A DNA stretch of 42,337 bases from Acutalibacteraceae bacterium (GCA_036301785.1 JAXJDU010000286.1:1-42337); one strand, 5' to 3'; positions 9,591 to 18,854 are shown, counted from the stretch's first letter. Made by a program: numbers and translations. Notes: generated by a model from the letters alone, not told the origin.

Positions 9591-10205
9591 ATGACATTCA
9601 AAAGAAAGGTTGATTATACAAGCTTTCCTACCTCGGAGCAGATAGAAGCAGCAATTTTAAAAACAAGGTACAGACAGAAATATAAAAAGGTGCTGAAAAG
9701 CACGCTGTCTTCGTTGATTGTTGTAGCAGCAGTAGCTGTGCTTATAGCTACACTTGTGCTGCCTGTTCTGCAGATTCAGGGCAGCAGTATGGAGCCTACA
9801 CTGAACGATGAAGAAGTCGTTGTTCTTATAAAAACATCAAAACCAGAAAGAGGGCAGCTGTGCTGTTTTTCATATCAGAATAAACTTCTTATAAAACGAA
9901 TAATAGGTATACCAGGAGATACTATAAACATAACCGATGACGGCTATGTTTATGTTAACGATGTTCTTCTTGATGAGCCGTATATTCTTGACCGTGCATT
10001 AGGTGAGTGTGATGTCACTTTTCCTGTACATGTGTCAGATAATCATTATTTTATACTCGGTGACCATCGTTCTACATCAATCGACAGCAGAAGCTCTTCA
10101 GTAGGACTTGTAGACACCGAACAGATTGTAGGTAAAATTTTCTTCAGAATCTGGCCTTTAAGTGAATTTGGTAGTGTAGATTATCATAAGGATAATGGAG
10201 AATAG
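9591..10205 (+). CDS. Signal peptidase I (S26), pilus-associated
   Basis: TM helix, GSSMEPTL (catalytic Ser), LIKRIIG (catalytic Lys), GDHR...DSR. Confidence 0.93.
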   Translation: MTFKRKVDYTSFPTSEQIEAAILKTRYRQKYKKVLKSTLSSLIVVAAVAVLIATLVLPVLQIQGSSMEPTLNDEEVVVLIKTSKPERGQLCCFSYQNKLLIKRIIGIPGDTINITDDGYVYVNDVLLDEPYILDRALGECDVTFPVHVSDNHYFILGDHRSTSIDSRSSSVGLVDTEQIVGKIFFRIWPLSEFGSVDYHKDNGE

Positions 10206-10245
10206 ATTATAAATTAAAGCGATAGCATTGGAAGGGGGTAGATAT

Positions 10246-13200
10246 ATGGCAGGACTCAATAAAGAATATTTGAAAAGCCACAGATTATTCAGAATACGAA
10301 ATAAAAATATCGCTGTCATATTCCCTCTGGCTGCAATTTCAGTTGCGATTATTGTGTTCTGGTGCCTTAAGCTTGTTGGTATAACCGTTACAAGCGAAGC
10401 CCTGTGCGAGCTTGAGGAGCATACTCATATCAGCACCTGCTACAGTGATGGTGAGCTTGTATGTTTAAAGCCTGAGCATAGTCATTCTTCAGAGTGCTTT
10501 CCTGAAAACAGCGTTGATGTTGAAACATCATACGACTGGAAGGAAACCTTTGAAAAAGTGGCAATGACCAATAATGTTGCAGAAAACCTTGTTGCCGTAG
10601 CAGGCACACAGGTAGGATATACAGAAAGCCTGCAGAATTATGAATTTGATGCATATGCAGAAAAACACAGCTACACACGCTACGGCGAGTGGTATGGTAG
10701 CCCTTATGGTGAGTGGAACACATTGTTTGTTTCGTTCTGTATGGATTATGCTAATATCAATAATTCAGAATCATTCATAAGTGCTTCTGCCGAAAGTATG
10801 AGGTGTGCATGGTCTGAAAAAAATCTTTATTTTTCAGCAGATGAGTACAGTGGCTCAAGAGGAGATGTTGTCTTTTTTGATGAAGACTCTGACCAGAAGG
10901 CTGACCGTACAGCTATAGTTGTTCATAAGAACGAAAGCGTTCTTGTTGCAATCGAAGGCGATGTTAACGGTGCTGTAGAAGATATGGTTTATAAGGATTT
11001 TGACGATATTTTAGGATACGGCAAAACAAGTAGACTTTACGCAGCAGATTATATTGAAAATTCAGAGGAATATTCAGACAGAGAGTCAGTAAAAGTACCT
11101 GAGCCTTCAGGTGAAGTAAATAAATATATTCCGAATATTACAGCAGAGCCTGCCATGTTCAGAATGACAAAGGATACATTACAGTCAGGTGTAAGCAATA
11201 GTGATGCATTGACCAGAGTTACTGTTGTTGATGATGGCATTACATACACATCAAATCTTGAACAGGAGCTTGTTAATGTTGCCATCAAAACTAAGTCGGG
11301 CTTAGAGCTTAGCAGTGGTTCAATCGTTTATCTTGGTGAAAGCTATGTGGTTTCTCTGGGCTTCAGCGAAATCAACACAGGCAGCGAATGGATTCAGTTC
11401 AGACATGACGAAAACGGCTACCTTACATATCAGGTGCCAGCAAATCTTAAATATGACCCTTTTGACGAGTGGGAAACAATTTCTGTAAAAACAGAAAACG
11501 GAACCATGTCTAATGTAGGTGAATATTACCTGGACGAAACAGGCTTGCTTAAGGTTCGCTTTTACAAGGATGAAAATGGTGTAAACTTTGTTGAAAAATA
11601 TTCAAATGTTGAATTTACCATTGATTTTAATGCTACTGTGGCTGAGTCGGAGGCTGGTGCTACTACAGAAATCAAGTTTAACGATAAGCTTGATTTACAG
11701 CTGGTTGTTGATGGTAACGCAACAATGGATGTTTCAAAATCGCATGGCCAATACAACCCTGATGATAACACAATAGATTATACCGTAAGAGTAGAAGTAA
11801 CCCATGGTGTTGTAAAAGGCTTAGTTATTGATGACCAGATATGGGATAGCCACTATACACTCAGGGATACAATTTTGGTAACCGACCTTGACGGAAATAT
11901 TATTAACCCTCAGCCTGTAGTTTCAGATCACCCTTTATACGGAAATGGTGCAGACGAAGGCTTCAGACTTTCAGGTTTTCCAGATTGTTCTGCGGGTAAT
12001 GGTTTTTTGATTACATATAAAACGCAGATTTACGACTATCTCCTTTCACAAGAAAAGATTGGAGTATGGAATGGCGTAGATGCATCAGGTTCGAATGCAG
12101 TTGATGGAAATGTTTATGTGTGGTCAGAGGACTGGCAGGAAATTCAACCTGAGAAAATGAAGAAAACGGGCCAACAGGTAGTTCTCGAAGATAAGAACGG
12201 TAACAAGATTCCTGTTATTAAGTGGAATGTTGAAATAAGAAAAAATAACGACGACCTGCAAGGTACAGTTGTTATCGATACCCTTGGTGACGGATTGGCT
12301 TATTATAAGGGAGAGCCTATCCGTATTGTTCGCTATGATGAATGGGGTAATTGGCTTCCTGATGATTACATCAGCTGGGATAAAGTTACTGTTAACGGCA
12401 GCTCTATGAGCTTTGCACTTCCTAAGGGTAACTCCTTTGCTATAACATACTATACAACCTACGAAACACCAGTTGGTGGTGATGCTGTAAGCTACACAAA
12501 CAGTGTAAGAGCAACAATCAACGGTAAAGTGGAACAAGCCGGAGGCTCTGCAGAGGTTGTAGGCTTTGTTCCATATGTAACCAAAAGTGCAAGAGGCGAT
12601 GACGGAGAGTTTGTTTATTTCACAATTGAGGCTGATGTTCCTGCAACTATTAAGGATGTAGGAGGATTTTATCTTACAGATTTCGCTCAGTTTTGGGGCT
12701 ACGGTTCACAGGACGGAGTTCTGTATGTTGAAAATTTCCCTCAGGAAATGATTATTACAGCAACAACAGCAGGTGGAGAAACCATAACATTCCAGCCGTA
12801 TCAGGAGGGTGGAACTATAGAAAATACCTATATCGTGGTTGCTCCTGTCAAAGGTGAGAAAAAGGACAGAATGCACAGCTTCAATGTTTTCTTCAATACG
12901 GCTGTTGCTGATATTCATTCTTCAAAATGGATTCTTTCAGAAGAGTCTAAGCTGAAAATCACCTATAAAATACCGTTTGATGCTAAAACAGGTATTGAAT
13001 GGGAGGGTGATTTGACAGGTGACCTTACTGTTGGAGATGTGCTTCTTGATGGTCACAAGCTGACAAACGACGCTTACCTGAATTATACTCCTGCTACTTC
13101 AGGCAGAGGTACAGCTAGCTATGATTATGCACCAAAGATAGATAAAAAATCACTGGTTAACGAGAACGGTATAATAGATTATACCGTAGAGTTCAATAAC

Positions 13201-14592
13201 TCGATTCCTGGTACAAACGGCGAAGAAGGTTATATGAACAAGAATATAGAAAATATGGTGTTCAACGATATCTTCGATGCAAGGCTGGAGTATGTACCTG
13301 GTTCACTGGTTGTAACAGCTTATTCTCCACAGAATAAAGATATGTGGATTGGTAAGTACCGATACACAGGTACTGTAACAGGCAACAGTATTCAAGCCAA
13401 TGCAAAGAATTTTACTTTTGTTGCACATAACGATGCAGCTGATATAAATATAAAAAATAAGATTTCGGGAGCAGCAACATTTAAAGATTATTATCAACAG
13501 CTTGATTCAGGTGGCAGATTTGTGTTCACCTATAAACTGAAGGTCTGTGATGAATACCTTTATACCACAGAGTATGCTCAGTTATATTTTGATAATGCGG
13601 CAGAGGTTACATGGGATAACGGTGGTTCATCAGGTATTGCTGAAGAAGAATCAGAATTCTATACCGGTCTTATACACAAGCATGTTAAGCAGGATGATGA
13701 AAAGCTGGATTTCCAGGTGCACATTAACAGAAACGCTCTTGACATAGTCGAGGGTCAGGACACCTTGATTGTGCGTGATACAATGACACCTAACCTGTCT
13801 GTTTATTGGGATTCAATCAGATTGATATACGAGAACAGCGATGGTACATGGGTGGATTTCAACTCTTCTGAAAGCAAATACAAATACACAGTAGCCTACG
13901 ACCTTGAAACAAACGCTATGTTGTTTGAAGTGCCAGACGGTCTGCACATAATAATTGACTACACCACTCTGATAACAGAAAGTGGATATGTAGCAGTTAA
14001 AAACTCGATAGAGGTCGGTGGTAAGGCTCATGTTTCTGATGTTGTTGACGCACATTTTCAGGTGAGTGAGCATAGTGGTGGTGCTTCAGGTTCTAACAAT
14101 AAAATCACCCTTCTGAAACAGGACGGTTTAAGTAATGCTCCGTTACCAAATGCAACCTTCCTGCTTTACGGACCTATGGGAGACCCTGACGCAGTGCCTC
14201 CTGCCGGAGCATATCAGAATATTACTGATAAGGATGGCAAACCACTCAGACTTATCGGTACCTACACAACAGGTGATGATGGTACTGTGGTTATAGAAAC
14301 TCAGTATCTTACACGAGGTGGACCTTATGCTCTTGTAGAGCATATTGCTCCAGCAGGGTATGAAATACTGGAAGAGCCAGTATATTTCTACTACTACGAC
14401 CAGGACCCTGACGGAGTAATACAGTCCGTTACCACTCTTATTGCAGTTGAAAACTTCGCAGGAAGCTTTATTATACCTGCAACAGGTGGTATAGGTATAT
14501 ATAATATGGCTAAAATTGGTGGTGCCCTTGTGGCAGCTCCGGTTTTATATAGTTTGATTCGTCGAAAGCGTGAAAGGAGGTTAACGCACTGA
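10246..14592 (+). CDS. Large sortase-anchored tip pilin/adhesin with Cys/His repeats, degenerate CHAP-like domain and Cna-B/isopeptide-type domains
   Basis: N-terminal TM helix; two CxxxEHxHxxxC motifs; E-box-like YALVEHIAPAGY; C-terminal IPATGG, hydrophobic segment and RRKRERR tail. Confidence 0.85.
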   Translation: MAGLNKEYLKSHRLFRIRNKNIAVIFPLAAISVAIIVFWCLKLVGITVTSEALCELEEHTHISTCYSDGELVCLKPEHSHSSECFPENSVDVETSYDWKETFEKVAMTNNVAENLVAVAGTQVGYTESLQNYEFDAYAEKHSYTRYGEWYGSPYGEWNTLFVSFCMDYANINNSESFISASAESMRCAWSEKNLYFSADEYSGSRGDVVFFDEDSDQKADRTAIVVHKNESVLVAIEGDVNGAVEDMVYKDFDDILGYGKTSRLYAADYIENSEEYSDRESVKVPEPSGEVNKYIPNITAEPAMFRMTKDTLQSGVSNSDALTRVTVVDDGITYTSNLEQELVNVAIKTKSGLELSSGSIVYLGESYVVSLGFSEINTGSEWIQFRHDENGYLTYQVPANLKYDPFDEWETISVKTENGTMSNVGEYYLDETGLLKVRFYKDENGVNFVEKYSNVEFTIDFNATVAESEAGATTEIKFNDKLDLQLVVDGNATMDVSKSHGQYNPDDNTIDYTVRVEVTHGVVKGLVIDDQIWDSHYTLRDTILVTDLDGNIINPQPVVSDHPLYGNGADEGFRLSGFPDCSAGNGFLITYKTQIYDYLLSQEKIGVWNGVDASGSNAVDGNVYVWSEDWQEIQPEKMKKTGQQVVLEDKNGNKIPVIKWNVEIRKNNDDLQGTVVIDTLGDGLAYYKGEPIRIVRYDEWGNWLPDDYISWDKVTVNGSSMSFALPKGNSFAITYYTTYETPVGGDAVSYTNSVRATINGKVEQAGGSAEVVGFVPYVTKSARGDDGEFVYFTIEADVPATIKDVGGFYLTDFAQFWGYGSQDGVLYVENFPQEMIITATTAGGETITFQPYQEGGTIENTYIVVAPVKGEKKDRMHSFNVFFNTAVADIHSSKWILSEESKLKITYKIPFDAKTGIEWEGDLTGDLTVGDVLLDGHKLTNDAYLNYTPATSGRGTASYDYAPKIDKKSLVNENGIIDYTVEFNNSIPGTNGEEGYMNKNIENMVFNDIFDARLEYVPGSLVVTAYSPQNKDMWIGKYRYTGTVTGNSIQANAKNFTFVAHNDAADINIKNKISGAATFKDYYQQLDSGGRFVFTYKLKVCDEYLYTTEYAQLYFDNAAEVTWDNGGSSGIAEEESEFYTGLIHKHVKQDDEKLDFQVHINRNALDIVEGQDTLIVRDTMTPNLSVYWDSIRLIYENSDGTWVDFNSSESKYKYTVAYDLETNAMLFEVPDGLHIIIDYTTLITESGYVAVKNSIEVGGKAHVSDVVDAHFQVSEHSGGASGSNNKITLLKQDGLSNAPLPNATFLLYGPMGDPDAVPPAGAYQNITDKDGKPLRLIGTYTTGDDGTVVIETQYLTRGGPYALVEHIAPAGYEILEEPVYFYYYDQDPDGVIQSVTTLIAVENFAGSFIIPATGGIGIYNMAKIGGALVAAPVLYSLIRRKRERRLTH

Positions 14593-14676
14593 TCTCCTGA
14601 AATAAATGGAAACGGATTCGACGAAGAAAACAAAACGAAATGTTAAATTTTAAATAAAAAAGAGAGGAAGAAAATT

Positions 14677-16134
14677 ATGAAAAAACTATTTACATTTCTA
14701 TTGTCAATGGTACTCATTTTCTCAATGGGTACAGTAGCTTTTGCTGCAGGTTCAGGTACTATCACAATCGAAAACGCAGAGGACGGAGCAGAGTACAAAA
14801 TTTACAAGATGCTTGATTTTGCACCTTCAAGTGCAGATAGTAGCAAAGGTATTTACACAATCGAAGAAAATTGGGAAGACTTTTTTACAACAGCACCTGC
14901 TACAGACTTTTTTAATGTTGTAACTTCAGGTGGTCAGGTAACAGTTGTACTAAAAAAAGGCGTAACAGAGGTTAATCAGACTCTTGCACAGGCAGCAATT
15001 GCTTACGCAAAGAAAAACAGCGATATTGCTCCAGCAGCCAAGATTACAGCAGACGCTGCAAAAGCTGGTGAGACTACAACAATCAAGTTTGAAAATCTTG
15101 AGCTTGGTTACTATGCAATTGATACTTCTCTGGGTATTCTTTGTGCTCTTACAAACACAAACACCGATTTCACTGCAGCAGAAAAGAACGAGAAGCCTGA
15201 CATCAACAAGTATGTTCAGGAAGACAGAGATAACAGCTGGGGTGAGGTAAACGATGCTGATATTGACCAGGTAGTTAACTTTAAGTCAACAGTTACTGTT
15301 GGTGATGGTCCTACAAACTATGTAATGCACGATAAAATGGATAAGGGCCTTACATTCAATAACGATGTTGTTGTTAAACTTGACGCTGATAATTCAGTAG
15401 TTAGCAAATCAAACTACACAGTAACAGTTTCTCCAGCAGACGGAGATACATTTGATGTTGCATTTAACGACGCTTTCATCGCTGACCAAAAGGGTACAAC
15501 ATTTACTGTTTACTACTCAGCAACTCTAAATGAAGATGCTAACATAGTAACTGATGGTAACGACAACACAGTTTACCTTTCATACGGTGAAGATAACAAA
15601 TGGGAAACAAAAGAAGACACAACAACAACTTACACATGGAAGTTTGATGTTTTCAAGTTTGCTAAGGAAGGCGAAAACAAAATAAGTCTTGCAGGTGCTG
15701 TGTTCAAGCTTGTTGACGAAAATGGTGATGATGTGAAGTTCACAGCAGTATCAACTAACACTTACAAGGTTGATAAAGATGGTACAGTTGATAAAATCGA
15801 AACTGAGACAGACGGTAAGTTTGAGATAGTTGGTCTTGATGAAGGTACATATATGCTTCACGAGGAGAAAGCACCAGAGGGCTATAACAAGCTTGCTAAC
15901 CCTGTTGCTGTTGAAATTAAGAGCGAACACAGTGACGACACTCTTACAGCTTCATATAAAATTGAGGGTCTTGAGGATGGAAAAACAACAATTGAGGTAG
16001 AAAACAAAACTGGTGGCCTGTTCCCAAATACAGGTGGCATTGGTACAACAATCTTCTATGTTGTTGGTAGTCTGCTGATGGTTGGTTCAGCAGTTATCTT
16101 TGTAACAAAGAAAAGAATGTCTACATTTTCATAA
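14677..16134 (+). CDS. Major (backbone) pilin, SpaH/EbpB-like
   Basis: Signal peptide (AFA|A), pilin-motif-like EKNEKPDINK, E-box YMLHEEKAPEGY, VEN, FPNTGG sorting signal, TM helix and KKR. Confidence 0.92.
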   Translation: MKKLFTFLLSMVLIFSMGTVAFAAGSGTITIENAEDGAEYKIYKMLDFAPSSADSSKGIYTIEENWEDFFTTAPATDFFNVVTSGGQVTVVLKKGVTEVNQTLAQAAIAYAKKNSDIAPAAKITADAAKAGETTTIKFENLELGYYAIDTSLGILCALTNTNTDFTAAEKNEKPDINKYVQEDRDNSWGEVNDADIDQVVNFKSTVTVGDGPTNYVMHDKMDKGLTFNNDVVVKLDADNSVVSKSNYTVTVSPADGDTFDVAFNDAFIADQKGTTFTVYYSATLNEDANIVTDGNDNTVYLSYGEDNKWETKEDTTTTYTWKFDVFKFAKEGENKISLAGAVFKLVDENGDDVKFTAVSTNTYKVDKDGTVDKIETETDGKFEIVGLDEGTYMLHEEKAPEGYNKLANPVAVEIKSEHSDDTLTASYKIEGLEDGKTTIEVENKTGGLFPNTGGIGTTIFYVVGSLLMVGSAVIFVTKKRMSTFS

Positions 16135-16206
16135 TATGATAACAGATTGACGGCTTTGAAAGCCTGAAAGATTTTATCTGCGACAAATAATCGGAATTTT
16201 AAAATG

Positions 16207-16240
16207 AACCCCTATCAGCACTATGCTGGTAGGGGGTTTC
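16207..16240 (+). terminator. Stem-loop after major pilin gene
   Basis: AACCCCTATCAGCA...TGCTGGTAGGGGGTTTC hairpin. Confidence 0.7.
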
Positions 16241-16316
16241 CCTTAAAATTTTGACCGTTGCTACCGATTTTTCGGTATTGACGCTGAAAATTTTAAAGAA
16301 AACAAAAAGATGTATT

Positions 16317-17213
16317 ATGGAAGAAAACAGCAATAAAAAAGTAAAAAAGAAAAAAAGTGCTCTGAAATCAACAATAATATTGGTAACGGTGTTTCTTACA
16401 GGCTTCTGTATTCTGCTTTATCCTGCAGTAAGCGATTTCTGGAACGAAAAAAGGCAGTCTAAGGCTATTATGAACTATGATGATATGATTGATGGCTTTA
16501 AGCCAGAGGACTTTTCTGAGTATTTCAGAAAGGCAGATGAGTATAACAGCAAGCTGAAGAAAATCTCTATGCCGTTCTTAGGATATTCAGAGCTTGAGCA
16601 GGAATACTACTCTGTTCTTGATGTAAACGGCAATGGAATGATGGGGTATGTTACAATTGATAAAATCAAGGTACAGTTGCCGATTTATCACGGAACAAGC
16701 GACAAGGTTCTTAACTCTGCAGTAGGACATCTGGAGGGTTCAAACCTGCCAATAGGTGGAGAAAGTACACACAGTGTGCTGTCAGCTCACAGAGGCTTGC
16801 CATCTGCCAAGCTGTTCACAAACCTTGATAAGGTTGATGTTGGTGATATCTTCACAATAACAATTCTCGACAGAACCTTAACCTATCAGGTTGATCAGGT
16901 GATGGTTGTTTTGCCAGAGGAGACAGATGAACTGAATGTTGTAAACGGAGAAGATTACTGCACGCTTGTAACCTGTAGCCCGTACGGTATTAATACTCAC
17001 CGTTTGCTTGTAAGAGGAACAAGAATTGAAAATATAGAGGGCCCTAAGAAGATTAAGGTTGTTACCGAGGCATATCAGATTGACCCACTTATTGTAACAC
17101 CTGTGGTAGCAATTCCTATGCTTGCTGTATGGCTTATTTATCTTTTGATTGAGTCCTTGAGAGCAAAAAAGAAAAGTAAAGAACAGGCTGGTAATAACGA
17201 AGATAAGCAATAG
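16317..17213 (+). CDS. Class C (pilin-polymerising) sortase
   Basis: GHLEGS.LPIGG, SAHRGLP, TLVTC, HRLLVRG; N- and C-terminal TM helices. Confidence 0.95.
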   Translation: MEENSNKKVKKKKSALKSTIILVTVFLTGFCILLYPAVSDFWNEKRQSKAIMNYDDMIDGFKPEDFSEYFRKADEYNSKLKKISMPFLGYSELEQEYYSVLDVNGNGMMGYVTIDKIKVQLPIYHGTSDKVLNSAVGHLEGSNLPIGGESTHSVLSAHRGLPSAKLFTNLDKVDVGDIFTITILDRTLTYQVDQVMVVLPEETDELNVVNGEDYCTLVTCSPYGINTHRLLVRGTRIENIEGPKKIKVVTEAYQIDPLIVTPVVAIPMLAVWLIYLLIESLRAKKKSKEQAGNNEDKQ

Positions 17214-17296
17214 AAAATTCAAGGAGAGTGAAGGCTTGAATTTTTTGCAGTGCTATTTGCAGAGCATATAAGCCTTAACGATAGTGAGGAATAGTA

Positions 17297-17328
17297 AAAA
17301 AAAGGATACCGACATGGTATCCTTTTTT
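17297..17328. terminator. Bidirectional terminator
   Basis: AAAAAAGGATACC-gacat-GGTATCCTTTTTT. Confidence 0.8.
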
Positions 17329-17380
17329 AAGCTTGCAGCCTTCACAGGTTCAAGTCCACAGAGTTTTTGAGTATAAAAGA

Positions 17381-17414
17381 AAAAAGCCAGTAAACAAATG
17401 CTTACTGGCTTTTC
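17381..17414 (-). terminator. tRNA-Pro terminator
   Basis: AAAAGCCAGTAA...TTACTGGCTTTT immediately 3' of the CCA end. Confidence 0.8.
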
Positions 17415-17416
17415 TA

Positions 17417-17493
17417 TGGTCGAGGTGACAGGACTTGAACCTGCGGCATCTTGGTCCCAAACCAAGCACTCTACCAAACTGAGTTACACCTCG
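17417..17493 (-). tRNA. tRNA-Pro(TGG)
   Basis: Reverse complement CGAGGTGTAACTCAGTTTGGTAGAGTGCTTGGTT-TGG-GACCAAGATGCCGCAGGTTCAAGTCCTGTCACCTCGACCA folds as a cloverleaf with encoded CCA. Confidence 0.97.
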
Positions 17494-17533
17494 ATAAGTA
17501 TTAGGTTTATGCTGTTATCTCGACAGCTTCTAT

Positions 17534-17562
17534 ATTATATCGTATCAGGACGGTTTTGTCAA
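17534..17562 (-). promoter_or_regulatory. Consensus sigmaA promoter of tRNA-Pro
   Basis: TTGACA-17-TATAAT on the minus strand. Confidence 0.85.
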
Positions 17563-17642
17563 CACTTTTTTGAAAAAATGCTTTGTTTTTTTAGTTTGTT
17601 TTTGCAGGTTAATAATGCTGAAGCTGGATTGCTTTTTGTTTT

Positions 17643-17683
17643 AACAGGGGTGTCAATCGTTAAAAAAGATTAACACCCCTGTT
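17643..17683 (-). terminator. Hairpin/terminator after nadA
   Basis: AACAGGGGTGT.AATC...GATT.ACACCCCTGTT inverted repeat. Confidence 0.7.
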
Positions 17684-17715
17684 ATTATACTTTAATAAAT
17701 TGTTATAAAGTGATA

Positions 17716-18630
17716 TCAGCCCAGCTCTATCATTTTATCTATGCATTTTCTTGCTTTTGTCATAGTGTCGTCATCAAGTGTGATTTCTTCGCCGCCACTG
17801 CCTATAATTGTGCGATATACATCTACAAGAGTAGTTGCCTTCATGTCTGAGCAGATAAGCTCCTTAGAAAGTGCATAGAAGGTTTTATCAGGACACTCAT
17901 AAGCAAGGTGCTGTGCAATGCTTATTTCTGTGCCGATAATAAACTCTTTTTTGTCAGACTTTACGGCGTAATCCATAATTGCAGAGGTAGAGCCTATAAA
18001 GTCAGCGTATGCTACAACTTCGGCTGTACATTCCGGATGAACTAACAGCTCTGCCTGTGGGTGAAGCTCCTTGGCTGTTTTAGCGTCTAGTGCTGGAATA
18101 CTTGCGTGAATAGGACAACCACCGTTAAGAAGCTTTATGTTCTTTTCTGGCACCTGCTTAGCCACATAGCTGCCAAGATTGCAGTCAGGGATAAACAGAA
18201 TGTTTTTATCTGGCAGATTCTTTACTATTTTTACAGCAGAAGCAGATGTTACGCATACATCGCAGACTGTTTTTAGTGCTGTAGTTGTGTTTATATATGC
18301 TACTACAGTGTAGTCAGGGTATTCATCTTTAACCTTCTGAATCATTTCCTTATCCATTTGCTCTGCCATAGGGCAACCAGCAACAGGGTTAGCAAGGTAT
18401 ACTGTTTTTTCAGGAGAAAGCAGCTTTACAGTTTCTGCCATAAATCTTACGCCACACATAATAACAGTTTTCTGTGGTACCTTTGTAGCCAGTACACTAA
18501 GCTGGAATGAATCGCCCATATAATCGGCGATTTCTGTTATTTCTTTTGTCTGATAGCTGTGTGCCAATATGCAGATGTCTTTTTCTTTTTTTAGCTTGAT
18601 AATTTCTTCCTGAAGCTCTTTGATGTTCAT
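17716..18630 (-). CDS. nadA: Quinolinate synthase
   Basis: LAHSYQ, GDS, CGVRFMAET, AGCPMA, YINT, GGCPIH, HPEC, GST, C.DMK motifs. Confidence 0.96.
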   Translation of the reverse strand: MNIKELQEEIIKLKKEKDICILAHSYQTKEITEIADYMGDSFQLSVLATKVPQKTVIMCGVRFMAETVKLLSPEKTVYLANPVAGCPMAEQMDKEMIQKVKDEYPDYTVVAYINTTTALKTVCDVCVTSASAVKIVKNLPDKNILFIPDCNLGSYVAKQVPEKNIKLLNGGCPIHASIPALDAKTAKELHPQAELLVHPECTAEVVAYADFIGSTSAIMDYAVKSDKKEFIIGTEISIAQHLAYECPDKTFYALSKELICSDMKATTLVDVYRTIIGSGGEEITLDDDTMTKARKCIDKMIELG

Positions 18631-18704
18631 TTTAAAACTCTCCTCCTGATACTTCGTAACGCTTGTGATTGATGTTTTTTGAATTTGTTTATGCTATTCA
18701 ACTT

Positions 18705-18836
18705 AAATATAAGAATACCGACACTGCAAAAACAGCGTCGGTCAGGCGTCTAAATCCTTGCAATATCAAGTTGCAAATTTAATTCTTATATTTTCTATAT
18801 TGTCTATATGATACACGAAATGTATAAATTTGTCAA
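18705..18836 (-). promoter_or_regulatory. nadA promoter and structured 5' leader (candidate cis-regulatory RNA)
   Basis: TTGACA(18836-18831)-17-TATCAT(18813-18808); the leader forms a 12-bp closing stem enclosing two hairpins. Confidence 0.6.
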
Positions 18837-18854
18837 GGTAACACAAATGCTGAA

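Noticed and set aside
17253..17673. 74-aa and 91-aa ORFs
   Set aside because: They overlap tRNA-Pro, its promoter and its terminators.
18743..18760. Possible NiaR-type operator (CAGGCGTCTAAATCCTTG) in the nadA leader
   Set aside because: Only one half-site resembles my recollection of the motif and it is not palindromic; the RNA-structure reading fits better, though NiaR is not excluded.
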